Counted from the first letter of the stretch, positions 1 through 15,700 are shown. The stretch is 64,000 nucleotides of DNA from Acanthaster planci (GCF_001949145.1 NW_019091355.1:556083-620082); one strand, 5' to 3'. Program-made: numbers and translations. The notes: generated by a model from the letters alone, not told the origin.

Positions 1-406
1 ACTACATACTGCACATTCAGGAAATCACAGTTGGTTCATTGAGTGCTCGTTTTCTCCTCTGTGCGTGTACACTGGATCACAAAATTGTGTTAGCTTGTAA
101 TTTGACAGACCAATTCTCCTTGCCCCTTAAGGTTAATGCATGGTGGGCCTGACATCCCCCACCAGCCATCCAGGGGGGCCAAAATAATGTTGTCATAGTG
201 CCCCACTACCCATGCCCAGATTTCTGCCACATTGATGCGTGCTGGTTGTATGGTGGTACAGTGCATGCTTGCAAGAATCTGCAGAGACAGTTCTTGGAAA
301 CCGCAAACAGCCTAATTTATGGTCCGTATGAAAGATCTGGACAGAAAAATTTTCAATGGGATGAGAATTTCAAATGTCGAATTAAAGAAGGAAACGTGAC
401 AGTCTG

Positions 407-591
407 AACGTGCTTTGTAGGTACTAGTGCTATTATCTCTAAGAAAGTGCTTTATAGGTACTAGTGCTATTGTCTCTAAGAATGTGCTTTATAGGTACTA
501 GTGCTATTATCTCTAAGAACGTGCTTTATAGGTACTAGTGCTATTATCTCTAAGAACATGCTTTATAGGTACTAGTGCTATTATCTCTAAG
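407..591. repeat. Minisatellite, 5 x 37 bp (aacgtgctttataggtactagtgctattatctctaag)
   Basis: Units start at 407, 444, 481, 518 and 555 with 0-2 substitutions each. Confidence 0.95.
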
Positions 592-2995
592 AAAAAACTT
601 TAAGAGTAATTTTCTTTTTTAAAGTTTCCACATGTTCGTGTCAGTTTTTCAGATATTCAGCTGGTTTGAATTCTTTAAGGAATAATAACTTGAGTCATCT
701 TTGGTTGATCTGGTGTGATTACCATTGAATCTTTGCTTACAAATGAAAGATTGCTTTCTGGGCAATAAATTCACCAGTCGATATGAAGCCTACAGTAAGT
801 TCAACACAAAAACAAACATGGCATTAATTTCAGCTATCGGTAAGTATTTCAAAGAAAAGAATCCCCCTTTGGAGCCATAACTAGCCCTCTTACACTTTTT
901 TGACAACCTTTCAAGCTTTTGTTCAGATATCGTAGCAACAAGCCTATGATATTCATTCCAAGATGAACAATTTAAGGGAAGGATTTGGATGAGAGATTTT
1001 ACACATTCCTGGGTGCAAAGGGTGTTCCTACCTGCCTTATGCAATGTTATTACAAACCTCCAAATATATACCACAGGCGCTGACTTAGGCCGTCATAAAC
1101 CACACCATCCATCATATGGAGGACGTGTAAACATTTACGGAGCTGAGAAATGATGTGCCTTTCACTGGCTAACCTCTAGATGTGGCAGGCATACAGTCAG
1201 ATTAACTGCAGGGAGAATTGCTGGAATTTTTGGAACTAAAAGTCTACCACTTTTCTCGCAAGGTCACTGCATAACAGAACTATTCTGCTTTGAAAATCAG
1301 TGTTACTCAGCCATTATTTTCCATACTCATTCTGAAACACACATAATTGATTTATGGTATGCTTGCCTATTTGCCAAAATACATGCTCCATTCTGCTGTG
1401 AAGTAGCAATGACAACCTAGAATAATATTCACATAGGTACATGTACATGTTAAAAAGCCTCGAAATAGAAGTCAATTAAACCCTGGCACTGTTTTTTGGT
1501 AAGAATTTATATCTTATCAAGCACATTTCAGGGGGCTGATAATACAACACATGCTTGGTCAGTGTTAGTGGTTGGCTTCAGTTAGCAGGGAACTTTGTAT
1601 AGACATAATTAAATCTTCTTTGACTTATCAGTTGGGATAAGTGGAACTCTTCACTGGTTGGCAGAATTGTGGGTTTATAGCTTAGCTGATCCACACAGTT
1701 GGCCCAGCAGTATCAGTCAAAAGATTAATGCATCATGTGTAATTATACTTTTTAGGTACATAGAGACGGTCCAGCTGACAGCTCTAAAGAACTGCAGAAA
1801 ATGCATCAACCACAAGTACATGTATGAGACCTGCAGGTGTCTGGGGGCAGTGACAAAAAACAAAAGCTTGTTAGAATGGGAACTGTTAATCTGTCAGCCT
1901 TGAATACCTCACAGGTACATGCAGACCTCCGCTGTAAACATTTTGGGAGGATTGGGCAAGAATAGTTTACTGCAGGAGTCATACCAACAGGGCCATCCCA
2001 GAGGCAGAAGAGTAGACAAGTTCAGAAATATATGGGCTATAAATTTTCCTTTTTTTTTAGAAGGGAGAGGGGGAGGCGGAGTCTGGACCACATGGGGAGG
2101 GGAGGGTAGAGACAGGACTCAGTTTACAGGTTGAAATTTGTAGATAGGGTTATTAAATGTGATTGATATGAAGAGGGTCAGTGAGGATTCCTGTGGTAAA
2201 AGCTATTACAACCAAGATCTTGATTTTTTTTTTATATCCCAGAGGCAGAGGATTAAGCTGCGAAACCTAAAAAAATACGTGTACTTCATTGCCAGTTTGA
2301 CTTCAAAGGGTGGTTTATGATCTCTTCCATGTAGAATAGTTAGATTTTGATGGGTATTTTAAGATGAGTACTGAAATTAATGAGAAAAAACAAAAAGTTT
2401 TGTGGTCTCATGAAGGTGTCTGGAATAAACTGAAAAAAGTCACAGTTATAAAAAGGACAAGAAAGCTTCACTTACACATCACATAGGCCCCCTACACATC
2501 ACATAAAGGCAGAGGCCAATTTTTTTTCACTTTAGAGAAGTGAACAGCATACTGACTTCTGGTAAAATATGTTTGCATTAAAGAGAACAGACAGTTGATA
2601 TAATAGCATCTCTTCCTGAAGACGTCTCAGTTTTGGAGGAACATTGGATGTTGTAGTCTTATTGCATTTTGCCTGAAGGAGGGGGTTTTTCACTGATGCA
2701 AATCATGACATTTGGATTGGATACAAAGTCTGAAATAAAAGCAGAAAGACGGACAGTCATACAAACAAACAAAGAGTGGGGTACCACATGTGAGAATATT
2801 GTGAGAACATGGACCCAGCGTGTTATGTGTACACAGCCCTGTGATAGAATAACACTCTGAAATTGGTGTCAGCATTATTTTGGTTAACATTACCTGGGTC
2901 TTTCCTGTGTCCAGGAATGTTTGATCCCCCCTTGTAACTCAGCACACCTGAAGGAGGACTGTTGCAGTGAACTGTATTGCACCAAATCATAATGT

Positions 2996-3460
2996 TTACT
3001 CATGCAATTGAAACAAGCCTGCCAACATGTCAGGGGGTGTTTTCTTTTTGAAGCGATATTCGGTCATCCTCTTGAGAAGGAATTGGTCTAAAGTGGCAGG
3101 CGGGTTCCCCTGGATGGGCTTAGAATTCAAGGTGTTGAGATTCCTTCCATCACTTCTCCCCCAGCAGTGTTTGTTTTGTGTCAAACAAGGAAAATAGTCC
3201 CCACTGCTGTGTGGGCACTTTGGGACTTGTGCATTTTTGGAGGTTTCTTTGTGATGTTTGTTTTTGAGGGCTCCACAGTCCAAGGGAACAGGTGGTTTGG
3301 GGCTTCGGGGACTTGCAGCATAAAGTTGTCACTACACATTCTGTTTGGACAACTCCTGCAGAACTGACGCCCATCCCTTTTCTTGGGGATGCCTGGACAG
3401 TGTGAGAAACCACATTGAGAGTGTTTTGGTTACCAAACCCTTGTAGCTTCATCACCCTGA
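2996..3460 (-). mobile_element. Highly decayed non-LTR retrotransposon RT fragment
   Basis: Minus strand around 3075-3150 reads WKESQHLEF*AHPGEPACHFRPI, like the WKxxxxxxIPK...P.NFRPI motif at the start of LINE RT domains; LLKRMTEY follows in another frame; stops and frameshifts present. Confidence 0.4.
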
Positions 3461-6400
3461 CATTGTTTTGATTGGTTTATGTGCACAAATGATTGAATTT
3501 GGTGGGAACAGTCTTAACAAGAACACTTTAATTCAGGAAATCTAATCAAATTGAATTTCCGATTTGGAAAAGAATACACTTGACAAGAATGTGTAAATCT
3601 ACTTGGTGTGCATGTATGAGTACATGTGCATGGTGTGAATTCATTATATATGAGATGATTCACAGATTTATTCCCTAATTTTCTGCTTAAACTTTGAGTG
3701 TCAAAATAATGTTAAAAGTACATTTTGTATGACCACGTGTATAATATTTCACTGTATTGAAATGGACATTGAATCATCTGGTTTTTACCAGCCAAAAGTG
3801 GGCAACTTGGTAACATGTGTCCCTGGTCTAGCACAAATGATTGTTTTCGCTCTTGGAAGAAAGTATTAAAAGGATTTGAGATGCGGCCCATGTTTGTATT
3901 GAGGTAAATTCATGGGGATGATTTTGGGAAGTTGGTCTGGATTGCAATGCAGGAAGAAGGATTAATATGAAATGCAGGTGGCAATCCAGGGTCAGCCTTG
4001 ACGAGTTTCGTGGAAGAGTTGAGTCACATTCAAACTCTCTATGAAACCTGTCTCACAGTTTGAAAAATACATATGTACTTTATGTTCAATGAAAAAAAGA
4101 GGCAAAAGAGGGCATTAATGTTCTCATTTTACCAAGGCAGACCTCTTCACTTCCTTTCGATTCCTGCCTTAGAAACTTGTCGGAGACAAATTTTCTATTG
4201 GCACTTTTTGGTGTCCCCTTTGACCACTTGAATGTTGGTTCTAAACTCACTGTTGAATCTTTTTGTTATTAATGGCTCTATGGAATAGAAAGTTGCTATC
4301 CATGATGTGGAAGGAGTCACTGTAAATTTGCACTAGCTATTGTTGATAGAAAGTGAAGTACTTATTGTTGAAATTTCTAGCTTTCTGATGAGACACCAAA
4401 TTAAAAGAGTTTATCAATAAGTTACTGATTAATAACGTTTAAGCGTCATTTAATGTAATAGCTTTAAAAACTATTAATTTTTATTTGAGGAGAGAATACA
4501 AAATACGTAGCCCTTCGAATAATTGTCAGTATATTGGAAATGAAATTATAATCAAGTTTGGTGCAATGAGGGCTTAGGCATTTAGAAATTTGATTTAAGC
4601 TGGAAGGGGTCACATGTTGTATGCACTGCTTATAAGACATCTGGCATCCACTGTCCAACCAGTCCCCAAATGTGGCTGGGAATTACCTAGGTCATACTGT
4701 GGTGTTCTGCACCACGCTCGATGGGGCCCGTTCGGGATAATTTGGCATAACCACAGGAGTCAAAGCCTTCCCTTCCTGTCCTAACAAAGATCCTATAGTT
4801 CCATGCACTGTTGTAGTCTCCGAATCACCTGTCCTAATGTGCACTTGGTAATAGTTAGGGCTGTCCAGCTGAACAGCAAGGCTTTGTCTAAAAAAAGATT
4901 ACATTTTATTAATTACATTAAGTTTGATTTAACCACCTGTGTCTACAGGCATTCTCATTTATTGAGTCTTCAACAGTGGGTCATTAGCCACAGAACAGCA
5001 AATTGAATTTAAAGATTTTGCTGGCGTTCTACCTTTCCTGTCTTTGTATTGACTTTTACCATCTTATTGGGTAGGTTAATTAAAAATCCCAAAAGTAAGC
5101 TTAGGAAACACGCAAAAGATGAGAAATCAAAATTGATGTTCTCATGGAGTTGTGTATGTTGTGCGCTGTTACCTCAAGGTATGTGCTATCTTTACTCAGG
5201 AATCTATCAAAAAAAAACCCATCTCAATTGATCACAAGGATTATGAAACCATTTAAGTCATACACCAAATATCCAGGCAATAGACACCTTTGATGCGACT
5301 GCTCATGCGACCATGCAGGAAGCTCATTACATTTGCTTCTGCAGGGTTGATTTCAAGAAAAAAAAACAATAAGTGCGATCCCTGTTTCTTTTCAAGATGT
5401 GGAGAGAAGTTTCAAGTTGAAAATTGATGTTGAAGGTGCCCCTACATGGCTCAGTTCGCATGTCAATGATAATTATTTAAAAATATTTAAAAATATACTG
5501 AAATGCCCTCCAGTTTCAAGACTGTGAACCTGGGTGGGGTCCATTATGTATGTCATTGCTCCACTTCCGATCTTGTTAGCTACTATGTTGTTGAACCACT
5601 TGTCACCTCACTCCTACTTAACAGGTGTTAGCCATCCCAATGAGTTATCTTCCCCCCAGCAGCAATGTAACAGGTACATGTAAGTGTATACCAGCCAACC
5701 CTTAGCATGCCCTTACAACAGTGCCAACACCAAATGGGTGGTCCTAGGCCTGGTATGTTTGGTGATTTATTCATGTTCGCTAGCACTGACTGGCTACCTG
5801 TACAGGCATGGAGATTCCTGATTGGGTAATTGGATGTAAAAGATTGTTTATTGCCAAAAAGAGACATTATTTTGGACTGTTACTTGTCAAAAGGAGGAAT
5901 GTTATTATGTTCACAAACCAGGGGGTGGAATGCCATCAGAGAGATATGACATTTATGTTTCAGATTTCTTTCTGGATGTACATGTGAGCCTTCTTCCCAT
6001 GATCCCTTTTAACATTCCTGTTGTGCAAATCTGCATACTTCCGTGGTCATCAAAACTTGATATTTTAACAGTTGGAAATCTTGACCAAAGATTGTATAAT
6101 GTGTTAAAAAGTGATGATTTTTGGAAATTTACTCAAATTTCTGCATATTTTAAGCTTATTCCCAAGAGGTATCCCCAGTTTAGGGGAGAGTGCCTGCTAA
6201 AGGTTTAGGTTAAAAACCATTGTGTTCATCAGACTCACTAGTACAATGTATTATGCCTTCCATACACCCATTACCCGATATCTCAGTTCACTGAAGAATG
6301 AAACCCTTACACATCTATACCGAGTAATTTCTTCACAAAAAGGGAAGCATTCAATGGCAAGCTGTCTGTCTCAACCCCACAAGTTGGACTCGAACCCCCT

Positions 6401-9400
6401 GTCCATAGAATTGCATGTGCCTTGAAGCTTCATTCTCCAGTTTGACACACCAGACCCTCCACACATCAGACACTTAATGCTTTTTTTCTGGGTCAAAAAA
6501 AGAACATACCCCCTTAAAAAATATTTTCACGATTTGCAGTCAGATAAGTATCGAGAATGCCCCAAGATAATGTTGAAGTTGGTGGAGACAGAGTGTCCGA
6601 TAATAGTCAAGGCGAGCCATTTTTGGCAATGTTGTAATGAGGGGAAGGGTGAGGTTACATGGACTTGGCAGGACTGGAAGAGTAACAGAGGGTTGTTTTT
6701 CCCCCAAAGAGAGCACAAGATGGGGGTAGATGGAGTATCACAGGGGGTACTTGAGGTCCTGAAAGGGTGTACTTGTCAAATTGTCAAGTGTTGAGCATTG
6801 AAGGGGGAAGGGGCATTGTTGTGTACATCGAGGGAGATCATATCCTTCCATCCTCCTACAAGCTGTGTTACTGAATGTATCGACTTAGCCTGATATTTTC
6901 ATTATCCTAACAAAATTGTTAGGTGCCTACTGGTTGAAAAAATAATCCTGGCCAAAGACACAGTACAGTGTCCAACCTATGAAAGCCGGCTTTGCACCAC
7001 GCTTGAGAAAGTTGCTTTTAAAACAGCGGGTATATGCTAGAACTCAAGACAACCTCTCCAAACTCACAAGATTAAGGTTCTGTGACTCTGCAGCGGTACA
7101 TGTACATGTATGTTGTTTAATTATTAGTTATCAAAAGGACATTCAGTTCATCACTGATAGTCTTGCGTGCCACCAAATATTTTCTGTGATAATGCAGCAG
7201 ACCAGGCTAGAAATTAGATATTCTTTGATTTGAAGTTTAGAGATAAGTTTGCACTTTCATTCACCACTGCACTGTTGTTGCTACGAGATTCATCATGCAT
7301 TTGGACAAAAAAGTTCAGATTTGCACAGAAATAGATAACTTCACTGAAGTAGACGTTCCGGTACATGTATTAGGCCTTAAACACTCTTGAACTGCATTAT
7401 TATTAAATGCATGACCCATGTAAATTTGCCTTTCCATCCAGTGAGTGTGGTTCTTTACCACAATTTCAAGCCTTTAGACTAAAGTATTCATATTTTGAAC
7501 AAAGTGAGCAGAGTTTGATGACAACATTTTAGGTCGTGCTCATAGTTGTCCAAAAGAGTAAACTGTTAGGGACACAATAAATTTTCAGATGTGGAATTAA
7601 AGATGGTCCAAGACCATAAAGATTTGAAGAAGTAGTATTCACCTGTCTTGCATAAAGACTTTTGGCCTACATAAATCATGAAAACTACATGTATTTGATC
7701 CATTATTAAACAGCCTTTAAAACATGTGTTGAGCTGGACCTAAAACAGCCAAGGTTGGAAGAACCCAGATCACACATTGGTCAGGCCAGACACAGCCCCC
7801 CAAAAAAGCTGGAAATGGAGAGTTTGAAGACATGCCCAGCGGAGAAAAACCTGGAAGGTATTTTAGGTCATGAACTCTCTGTAGTGGAACAGGTGCAGAG
7901 GAGACAGAAGCCCCCCTTGGTAACTGTGTTTATCATCTGGCAGGGCTGAGACCAGCCTGTCCGAACCCAGGATGGATTGGAACATATTTGATGGTTGTGG
8001 CTTTCATGAGGTGAAACCCATCGGAAAGAACAGGATTTATGGTCAATGGATTGTGGCTCGAGTTTTTCCCTAAAATGGATGCAGGTCATAGAAAATGCAC
8101 AGTAATACTTTCTCATTTTAGTACAATACATTTATTCTATAATTGTGTTTTACTCATGTGTATATATTCAACTGAACTCAGTACTGTTCTGTATACTGCC
8201 ACTTTGTTATAAGGTACTCATTCCAAAATTTTGTATTGTATAAAATGTGTAGTATTAGAAAGATTAGCTGAGTGCATTGGTCATTGTGAGTAACCTATAT
8301 GTTTGCCCTTTCAAGTGAAGGCCAATAGAGTATCAAAAGTGAACATCAAATGCACAATTTTGCAACAGACATCAGTGCGAGAACCAATGTGTGCATACTC
8401 CATTTGTTTGCACTTAACTTTGTGGTCAAAACGACATTATAATGCTTTGGTACTCTGAATTCTCATTCTCTGACAATATGACATTGTTCAAATGCGTGAT
8501 CAATAATTAGCCGATCTGAATTCCATTAACGTAATAAAGCACCATCCATCCTCTGTCACATGACTGAATTAAAGAGGTGTCCATCACCACTGCATTCAAT
8601 AGGGGACCTGGGAAATGGCCCGTGACAGACACCAGACTGCTCTAGAATCAAGAACCAGAGGTTGTCAGGATTCAAATTCACTGACATTCAAAAGTAAACT
8701 CATAAATGGTTGATAAAGTGATATTCTCTAACCCTTTTTAGGAACATGTACATGTATGTGACTTCGATGCTCTTTTTAGGGTTGACCAATCACCAAACAG
8801 CAACAAGTGTTCTCAAGTCATGCAAGTAGGAGAAATAGTGGTTGCATTTTCAGAATTTGTCCCCAGCTTGCTGTGTGTGTGGGCGTCACATGGCAAATCC
8901 AATTGAACCACCTTGTTGACAAGGTTAACTTTCAGTGATGAAAAGACCAACAGATATACATATGGTTGCATGCAGCCTTAAAGATTGGGGAGGGGTGTGG
9001 TCTAGACATTGGGGTGGGATATATATTCAGAGGCGGCATTGTTGTTACTTTTCAGGGCCAAGCTAGATGTTTATTTGCAGAGCTGAGGATTTTGCTATAT
9101 ATAAACAAGTAAAGAGGAGTAACAGAACGGTTTGTTAAAGTTTCTTTTCATAATGTGACATCACGTACCTTCAAGCAGTTTCCAGTGTGTTACTAAGCTG
9201 GGGAATCCTGTTTGTTGAAAACTTGAAACCTAGCATATTGTTGGTGCTTTGTGCAGATCTCATGGGTAACATCACACCCAGACAATGGTCCCAACCACTC
9301 ATTCAAATGTCTGGTACCCCGGTACCTTTTATGATGGTTATAAACCAGAAAATATACTTTCTGAACTTTTTCCCTTTGTCTATAAATGTCCCTTTGCTGT

Positions 9401-11889
9401 CAACTTGTTGATTCCCTTTTAAAAGAAACACTCTCATTTCTGTCATTCTGGTACTCCCAAGATATTCCTGGCACGTGCAGTGGGAAAGATATCCTTACAA
9501 GATCTACAGTAAGTCTGTTAGTAACCCTGTCTGGTACCCAGAAGGCCCCTAGAGCTTTCCCTGTTATTAGAAGGACAACAGGTCAAATTGTTAAATTTCC
9601 CAAAAGGATTCCCCCAGTCGTAAGCTATTTAGCTTTTGGCATGAGAAGGCGTAAATGGTTTTCACATTCAATCCAAGATTGGGTCACTGAGTGCTTTAAA
9701 CTGGTTTGTTCTCCATCTGTCATAGTATTCAAAATCATGAGGCAAATTTTTCTTTAATCAAATTTGTGGTTATGAGCCTATTTTTCTGGACAAAGAAACT
9801 GCTCAAAAGTGATGATAAGCGGCTGGCCCAAATCATGCATAATTTGGTTAATTTCATTCAGTCTGATAGCATTTAACTCAGCTACCGGTAGGTTCCTGCT
9901 AAGCTCATACATGTACCATGTACCAAACAGGTTTCCATACTGTCTTGGTATCCTTGTAGAGATTGCATTGGGAAGTTTTAGGAATGTGGTTAGAATCTTG
10001 GAAGAAAACTATGTTTATGTCTTTAAGGCTGACAATACTAGCGGTATCGGGGAGTCGGGCTGGCGAAGTACATGTACATGTAGGTTCTTTCCTTGCCTTT
10101 CACCTCTGCAGTCCAGGTTTGATGCCTGGCTCGTCTGCATGTGGATTGGGTTAATTTACAGTCGCTACCTGATTCTGTGGGATTTGCCCAGAAATTCTTT
10201 CTCTGGGGTTTTCCTCCCACCTCTAAAACTGTAACTGCTTCTTATTGTTTGCTCTCTACAGATGTAGCTGGATGTGGGTCATTTAGCAGCTGCCTGAGGT
10301 ACATTGTACCCTTGTACATGTATGCCATTGGCTTGACCATGTTTAATATCTTCATTGCACAGCACATTTGTATCTGTACATTTGTGCTTTATAAATGCAT
10401 AAATGATTATTATTATTAAAGAACACATGCAATTAAGAAGGCTTTTTAGAATTCTTCGTACCCTGTACATGTAGGCCCATAGCTTATCAAGCATTGTCAT
10501 TAGCTCATGTGCTAAGTATGCTTTTTTCCTCTTCTAAAATTGAGGGTGAGCTTCTGCATCCACTTATCTCTGATGTCTTGGTCTTAAAAAAGAGACAGTT
10601 GACAAGCTGCTTTTTCTTGTATCCTGGGTACCAACCAGAGCTTCATGCAGTTCTTACGTAGTGGGGCTAGTTACTGCTGCAGGTGTATACACATACGTGT
10701 ACATGTAGTCCACCTGTGGAGGCAGACATACATGTATGGTAGAGTAAATTTATACCACTTGTGTTGTGTGCTGTAAACCGGAAAAGGCCAAGTCTGTTGC
10801 TAAATATTTACATAGTTCTGAATGTGCCAAAGGATTTGCTGTGCTGTTTTGGGAGAAAGAAATTGTGGCTGGCTGATTACCTCCATTTCCCTTTCTTCTG
10901 TTCCTGCTGTGTTTTCCATTCCCATGATGCTTTGCACTCCCTAGCCGATCCAACACATGACTCACGCTCGTATTTCAAAATCAATTACACTCTGAACCAT
11001 AAGGTGTTACTCACAAGCTCACAGTCATTGAAGGGTAGCCGCAAGTTTGGTCATGCATCAGAGCGAGATATGACGGCTCCCCGATTTTGTCCACGGAAGC
11101 GTTGGTGTGTGACAAGGTGATGGAACTGGCACAGGTTTGTCGTCTCTCGTGGGACTATCCATGGTGCCGGAAGGAGATAAGAAGTTTACTCTCAGACATC
11201 GTAGCTCACAATATCCGTAAAGCTTTTCTCTTGTCTGTATTGTCCCTCAGTAAATGACGCAGTTACATGTACATAAGCTGCCTGGATTGGAAGGGACGCT
11301 GTAGGATTCGAGCAGAGATGATGTTAATAACGCTGCACAGCTGTTCTTAAGAAGTGTTGGCGTTTGCCACATCAGTGAAGGATTTCCTTGTAAACTTCAA
11401 AGCATACTGTGGGAGGTATAAAGATATTCTCTGCGAACTGTTGAAATATACATGTAGTATGTATCAGATGATGAATTTGGAAGATGGATAGGCACTTCTT
11501 GGGATAGGGGCAGGGTCCCACAAATGCAAATATTAGCAATTGTGACTTTTCTGTATAAAATATACCGGTGTATTGGAAGTTAGTTTTACAATTACATATA
11601 TATAAATTTAAGCCAAAAATATTGATGAGATGCTGCATGTAGACAGCAGACTTTTGTCAGTGCCACCTTTGCTGTCAAAGCTCCACTCTGGGAGTTCAAG
11701 CTTAACAAGTGCCATCAAGATATTGCGGTGCAACGACATGCATTGAGTAAGGAGGTGTGAAATTTCTGTACTTGTTGTAACTTACACCACTGTTTCCTGC
11801 AGCTTGGCTTCCGAACCAACCACACTTTTGTTACATTTTATTGTGCAAAACCACCGCAAATTGTATGTAACTGTCCACAAGTAAGTTTT

Positions 11890-12750
11890 TTTTAGCAGCA
11901 CACAATAAGTTGTAGCAGCTTGGCTTCAGGTGAAGGTACCTCTGTCAAAAAGCCCACACAAAGGACAAGAGTTGGATCTCTCCATCTCACCACAATACCC
12001 CGCGCCCCTGGAAGCCTATTTGTGCCCCACCATTTTGTAAACTCAACAGATCTCTGCAACTTGAAAGAAAAGGCCGCCCCAATGCCTTCAACAAAGACTA
12101 GACAGGCTCCATTGAGGCCTGGTCCTGGAGCAAACTTGTGGACTAAAGAGCCTTTTATCTGAGTACTTTTGATGTCCCACCCCAGCACTCACAGACACTG
12201 AGCCCTTCACATCTGGTTAGCAGGTTGGCACAATGTGGGGGCGGCTTAATGCCAGGGCTTAACATCTGCTTGCTGATCCTTCAACAATGGTTGCATAATG
12301 GTGGCGCCTTTGTCATAACAGTGAGTTTAAGAGTTGTCTTAATCCCTAGAACTGAAGTCCCTGCCCCCCCTACTGCGTTCAAGAAAATTATATCAGAAAT
12401 ATTTCTGATCTGGTACTCAGTTCCTGACAAGCACACTACATTTCCTATCACTAGCACTGATTCTTCAGTTCCTATTCCATCTTGCAGTAATATCCTGTCA
12501 ACTCCCACTCTCCCTTTGTTCTAAGGTTACCACTCTGTCCTGACTTGAATTGTTTTGAAACTTTTCTTCTGGGTTCTGCTGAAAGAAATCTGAGCTTTCT
12601 TCTTCAGAGCCTTCCATTCTTCTCAATGTCTTTCCCATTTGACTTTTTGTTTTAGTCTTGTTATCAGCCATTTCCTTGTTCTCTTTCCCTCAGTACTTGA
12701 GTTTTCCCGCTTGTCTGCTCTGGCCTCTTTCTTCCCTGGTCTCGCCCCAT
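11890..12750 (-). mobile_element. Decayed LINE ORF1 remnant, possibly CR1/L2-type SGNH esterase
   Basis: Minus strand has a purine-rich charged N-terminal stretch followed by VLVIG..VVCLSG...IRNISD...AVGGAG, reminiscent of the vvGDS...vcClPGa.i.dv pattern of CR1 ORF1 esterases; broken frames. Confidence 0.4.
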
Positions 12751-15700
12751 TTAGACAGAGTGTATACAAAAAGTGAGACGTAGCATTTTAAAAATCATTA
12801 CTTAGGCCCTATAGGAAATAACAGGCCTTTGTTAAAAATGACTTAATTCATGGTTTCTATGCTATTCTAAAAGAATTAAAAAATATATGGCTGTCCAAAA
12901 AATGTGTTTTTAAAAATTTGGCTTTTTTATGTGACAGATTCACAAAATTTGCATTTTTTTGCCAGAATATTTATGTTAAAGAAGAGCAAGAAGTCAGCTT
13001 TTGAATTCTCTGTTACGAGATAAAAATCAAGTTCGTTGAGTAGTTATATTGCATATCAGGCAGACGTGATCACTGCAGGCTGCACATACCGAACATTCCT
13101 GATGTCGGGAGCACCCATCCCCCAGCCTACACTAAATGGGCTTGTCGGGTTTGCGCTAAACTGCCTGGTATCCCACCCCATTGATGGCAACATGATGTGA
13201 ACTGATAGCAGAACCAGCATGTAGTCAGGGCCTACTTAGGGCAAATGGGTTGGGTTTTTAATTTGATTTGTTGGGGTGGAGTTTACCCTGAGCCCAGAGG
13301 CCAATTTTACAGACTCAGCTTCAAGGATCAGTATTTCTGTAACTCTGATGTCTTTTGAAATGAAGGAAAACATTCCATGTGAATAAGTTCTGCTCAAGAT
13401 TGAAGCACAGTTTACATGCCCATCTGAGTAATGCATGACAGACATAGTTATTTGGGAGATGTGTCGGATCAAACTACCAAGTTACATTTGCACTATTCCT
13501 CGTTCGAAACAGTTGCACCTTTTTAGCCTCAATTGTTGACAAATCAAGCAGTCTTCATTCAGTCAACATTTTCCAGTATAGTTGGCTATCATACATGTAG
13601 CTGCATGTTCTTTCATTTCATATACCTTTCCTGCGATCTTGGAATAGTTAAATCAAGTTTGATGAATACGTAAAGCTGCAAGGCATTTAGGAAAAGTGTT
13701 GGAATTTCAGTAGTCCTGTCCCCCCATTGGTCTTAAACTGCTTGTGGTTACAATGTAGCTTGGTTTTCACACATCTCTGAATGCTTCAACCCATGCATTC
13801 TCCTCTTAAACTTCAACCGATTTGTAAAGGGGCTGCAGTTAGTAGCATTAGATCTAGTCTTTGGCCTGGATGGCATAATTACCTTGTTTCACGGTCTGTT
13901 ACTTTCAATTGTTGTCAATTATTATACGAGTCATCTCACCTGGGTACACAAGTGATTTATAACAAACATGGAGGGCTCTTCTACTAGTACAGTCAGACTC
14001 TCTAAACTTGATGAATGGGTGTATAGTTGGAGAGACATTCTTAGGAATTTTGGGTGCAGCCATCTTGTGGATTTTGATTAATAGTATGTTTATGGTGTTG
14101 AAAAACTAGTTCAGAGTTCGCTGTCATATTTGAAATTATACTGCGTTATTTCTCAAGATGTAATGAGCAAATACGTGTGGGCAGCTTTTAATCTGGCATG
14201 TACATGTACACGTAATAAATCAGAGTTTGCCTGTATCTAAAAAGTCTTTTACTGGGTTAAAAAACTTACAAGCGTACACTACTTGAGGATAGTCTTTCTA
14301 GCAATTATGTGCTATTATGGTTGCTGATACAAAGGCCATTGGCAGGTATGTCTTAAATGAATTATTATTTTGGACTACCCAGATAAGTGAAATTGTCGTT
14401 GGAAATAGATTGGGAGAACTGATACTAAAAGTATACAAAATAACCTTGAAACTAATAAGTTGATCTCAGTGCCAAATTTTACTAACTCAAACTTCCATGT
14501 TGTTGTAACTATGTTATTCTTTCTCACATCCTTGATGCTTTTATTTTTATTCCCAATGCTGTGGTTTTATTGGACATTGATAGATCATTTGCTACCCAAC
14601 AGCCATGTGTTACCCAGTAATTCTCCTTCCCCATCTGGGATTGAAGCATGCATGTGTGTATGTCCATTGTAACCTGGGAAATACTTGTCAAATCCAATTA
14701 TATTTAGTTAACTTCTGAACCTTGCTGAGTGAAAGGCCTTCTCCTTGGGGTCCTCAGTGGGGTAAACCAGATAAAGCATACTGGTACAGTGTACCTGGCA
14801 GTTTTTCAACACCTGAATGAGTTAGGCAGAAAGATCTCTAGAACCTAAATCTAGCATTTGAAACAAATCCATGTTCACTGTAAAAAACAAAATTAATCTC
14901 AAAACAGTGCAAACACGTACATGGTTTCTTGCCAAATTTGTTAACATGAACCCCTTGGTACATGTACATGTAAGTTTGAAATCACAGACTATATTCACAT
15001 GTACTTGACTGAGAGCAATCCATCAATCCGTCATATTCAAAATACTTTTTTTTCCCGTGTGAGGGTTGGTCAGATTCATTCTTTGGAAACTTGCCCAAAT
15101 GTCCTCTCAACTCTCCGTATCACAAAAACTCTAGGTGCAAGTTTGGCTCAGCAACGACGAGACAGTAGACAAAGATGAATATTTTATGTGGAGCCAATGA
15201 GGCCTGACACTGAATGAACAAGTAGGCTAAATGCTCCTTGTCATTGAATATTCTGCCACAAATCTTTCAATGATGATGTCTATAATTTTAGGAAGGTGAA
15301 TCAACTTGTGCTCTCAAAGGAAAGCAAGACACTGCAAGTGCATAGAGTGTTTCATAGTGCATTTACACGTACCTTGGGATTAATGCTGCAGAGTTTTGAG
15401 TTTGCTTCACAGGCATTTAAGGGCCTTTAATGTCATTGAATTCACTCTACTGCAAGAATATTCTAGACTGCCTTAACAAAACTGAGCTTTTCCCAGGTCA
15501 GAAGTCATTTTCTCCATGCATGATTCATAGAGGGCAGTGTGTGCCCTACTTATCACAGCCAATTAAGGGGTTGAGAACCACTTTGGTACTGTCACGTCAC
15601 AGAATTTTCAAACCACCACACAATTTACATACCCTAGAAAGACTTGTTTCACTTAATTCCTTTGCATACTTTACCCCTGAAAATTCCAGAGGGTGAGCCT

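Noticed and set aside
407..591. 37-bp repeat as a CRISPR array
   Set aside because: The units are directly adjacent with no unique spacers, there are no cas genes, and the context is eukaryotic.
9187..10234. Overlapping 74-141 aa ORFs, or a possible decayed YqaJ-like/transposon gene on the minus strand
   Set aside because: No motif could be matched convincingly and the composition looks like random intronic sequence.
13080..13260. Possible SINE core remnant (cccagcctacactaaatggg), and an isolated B-box-like word near 6385
   Set aside because: No A/B-box pair, tRNA fold or clear boundaries.
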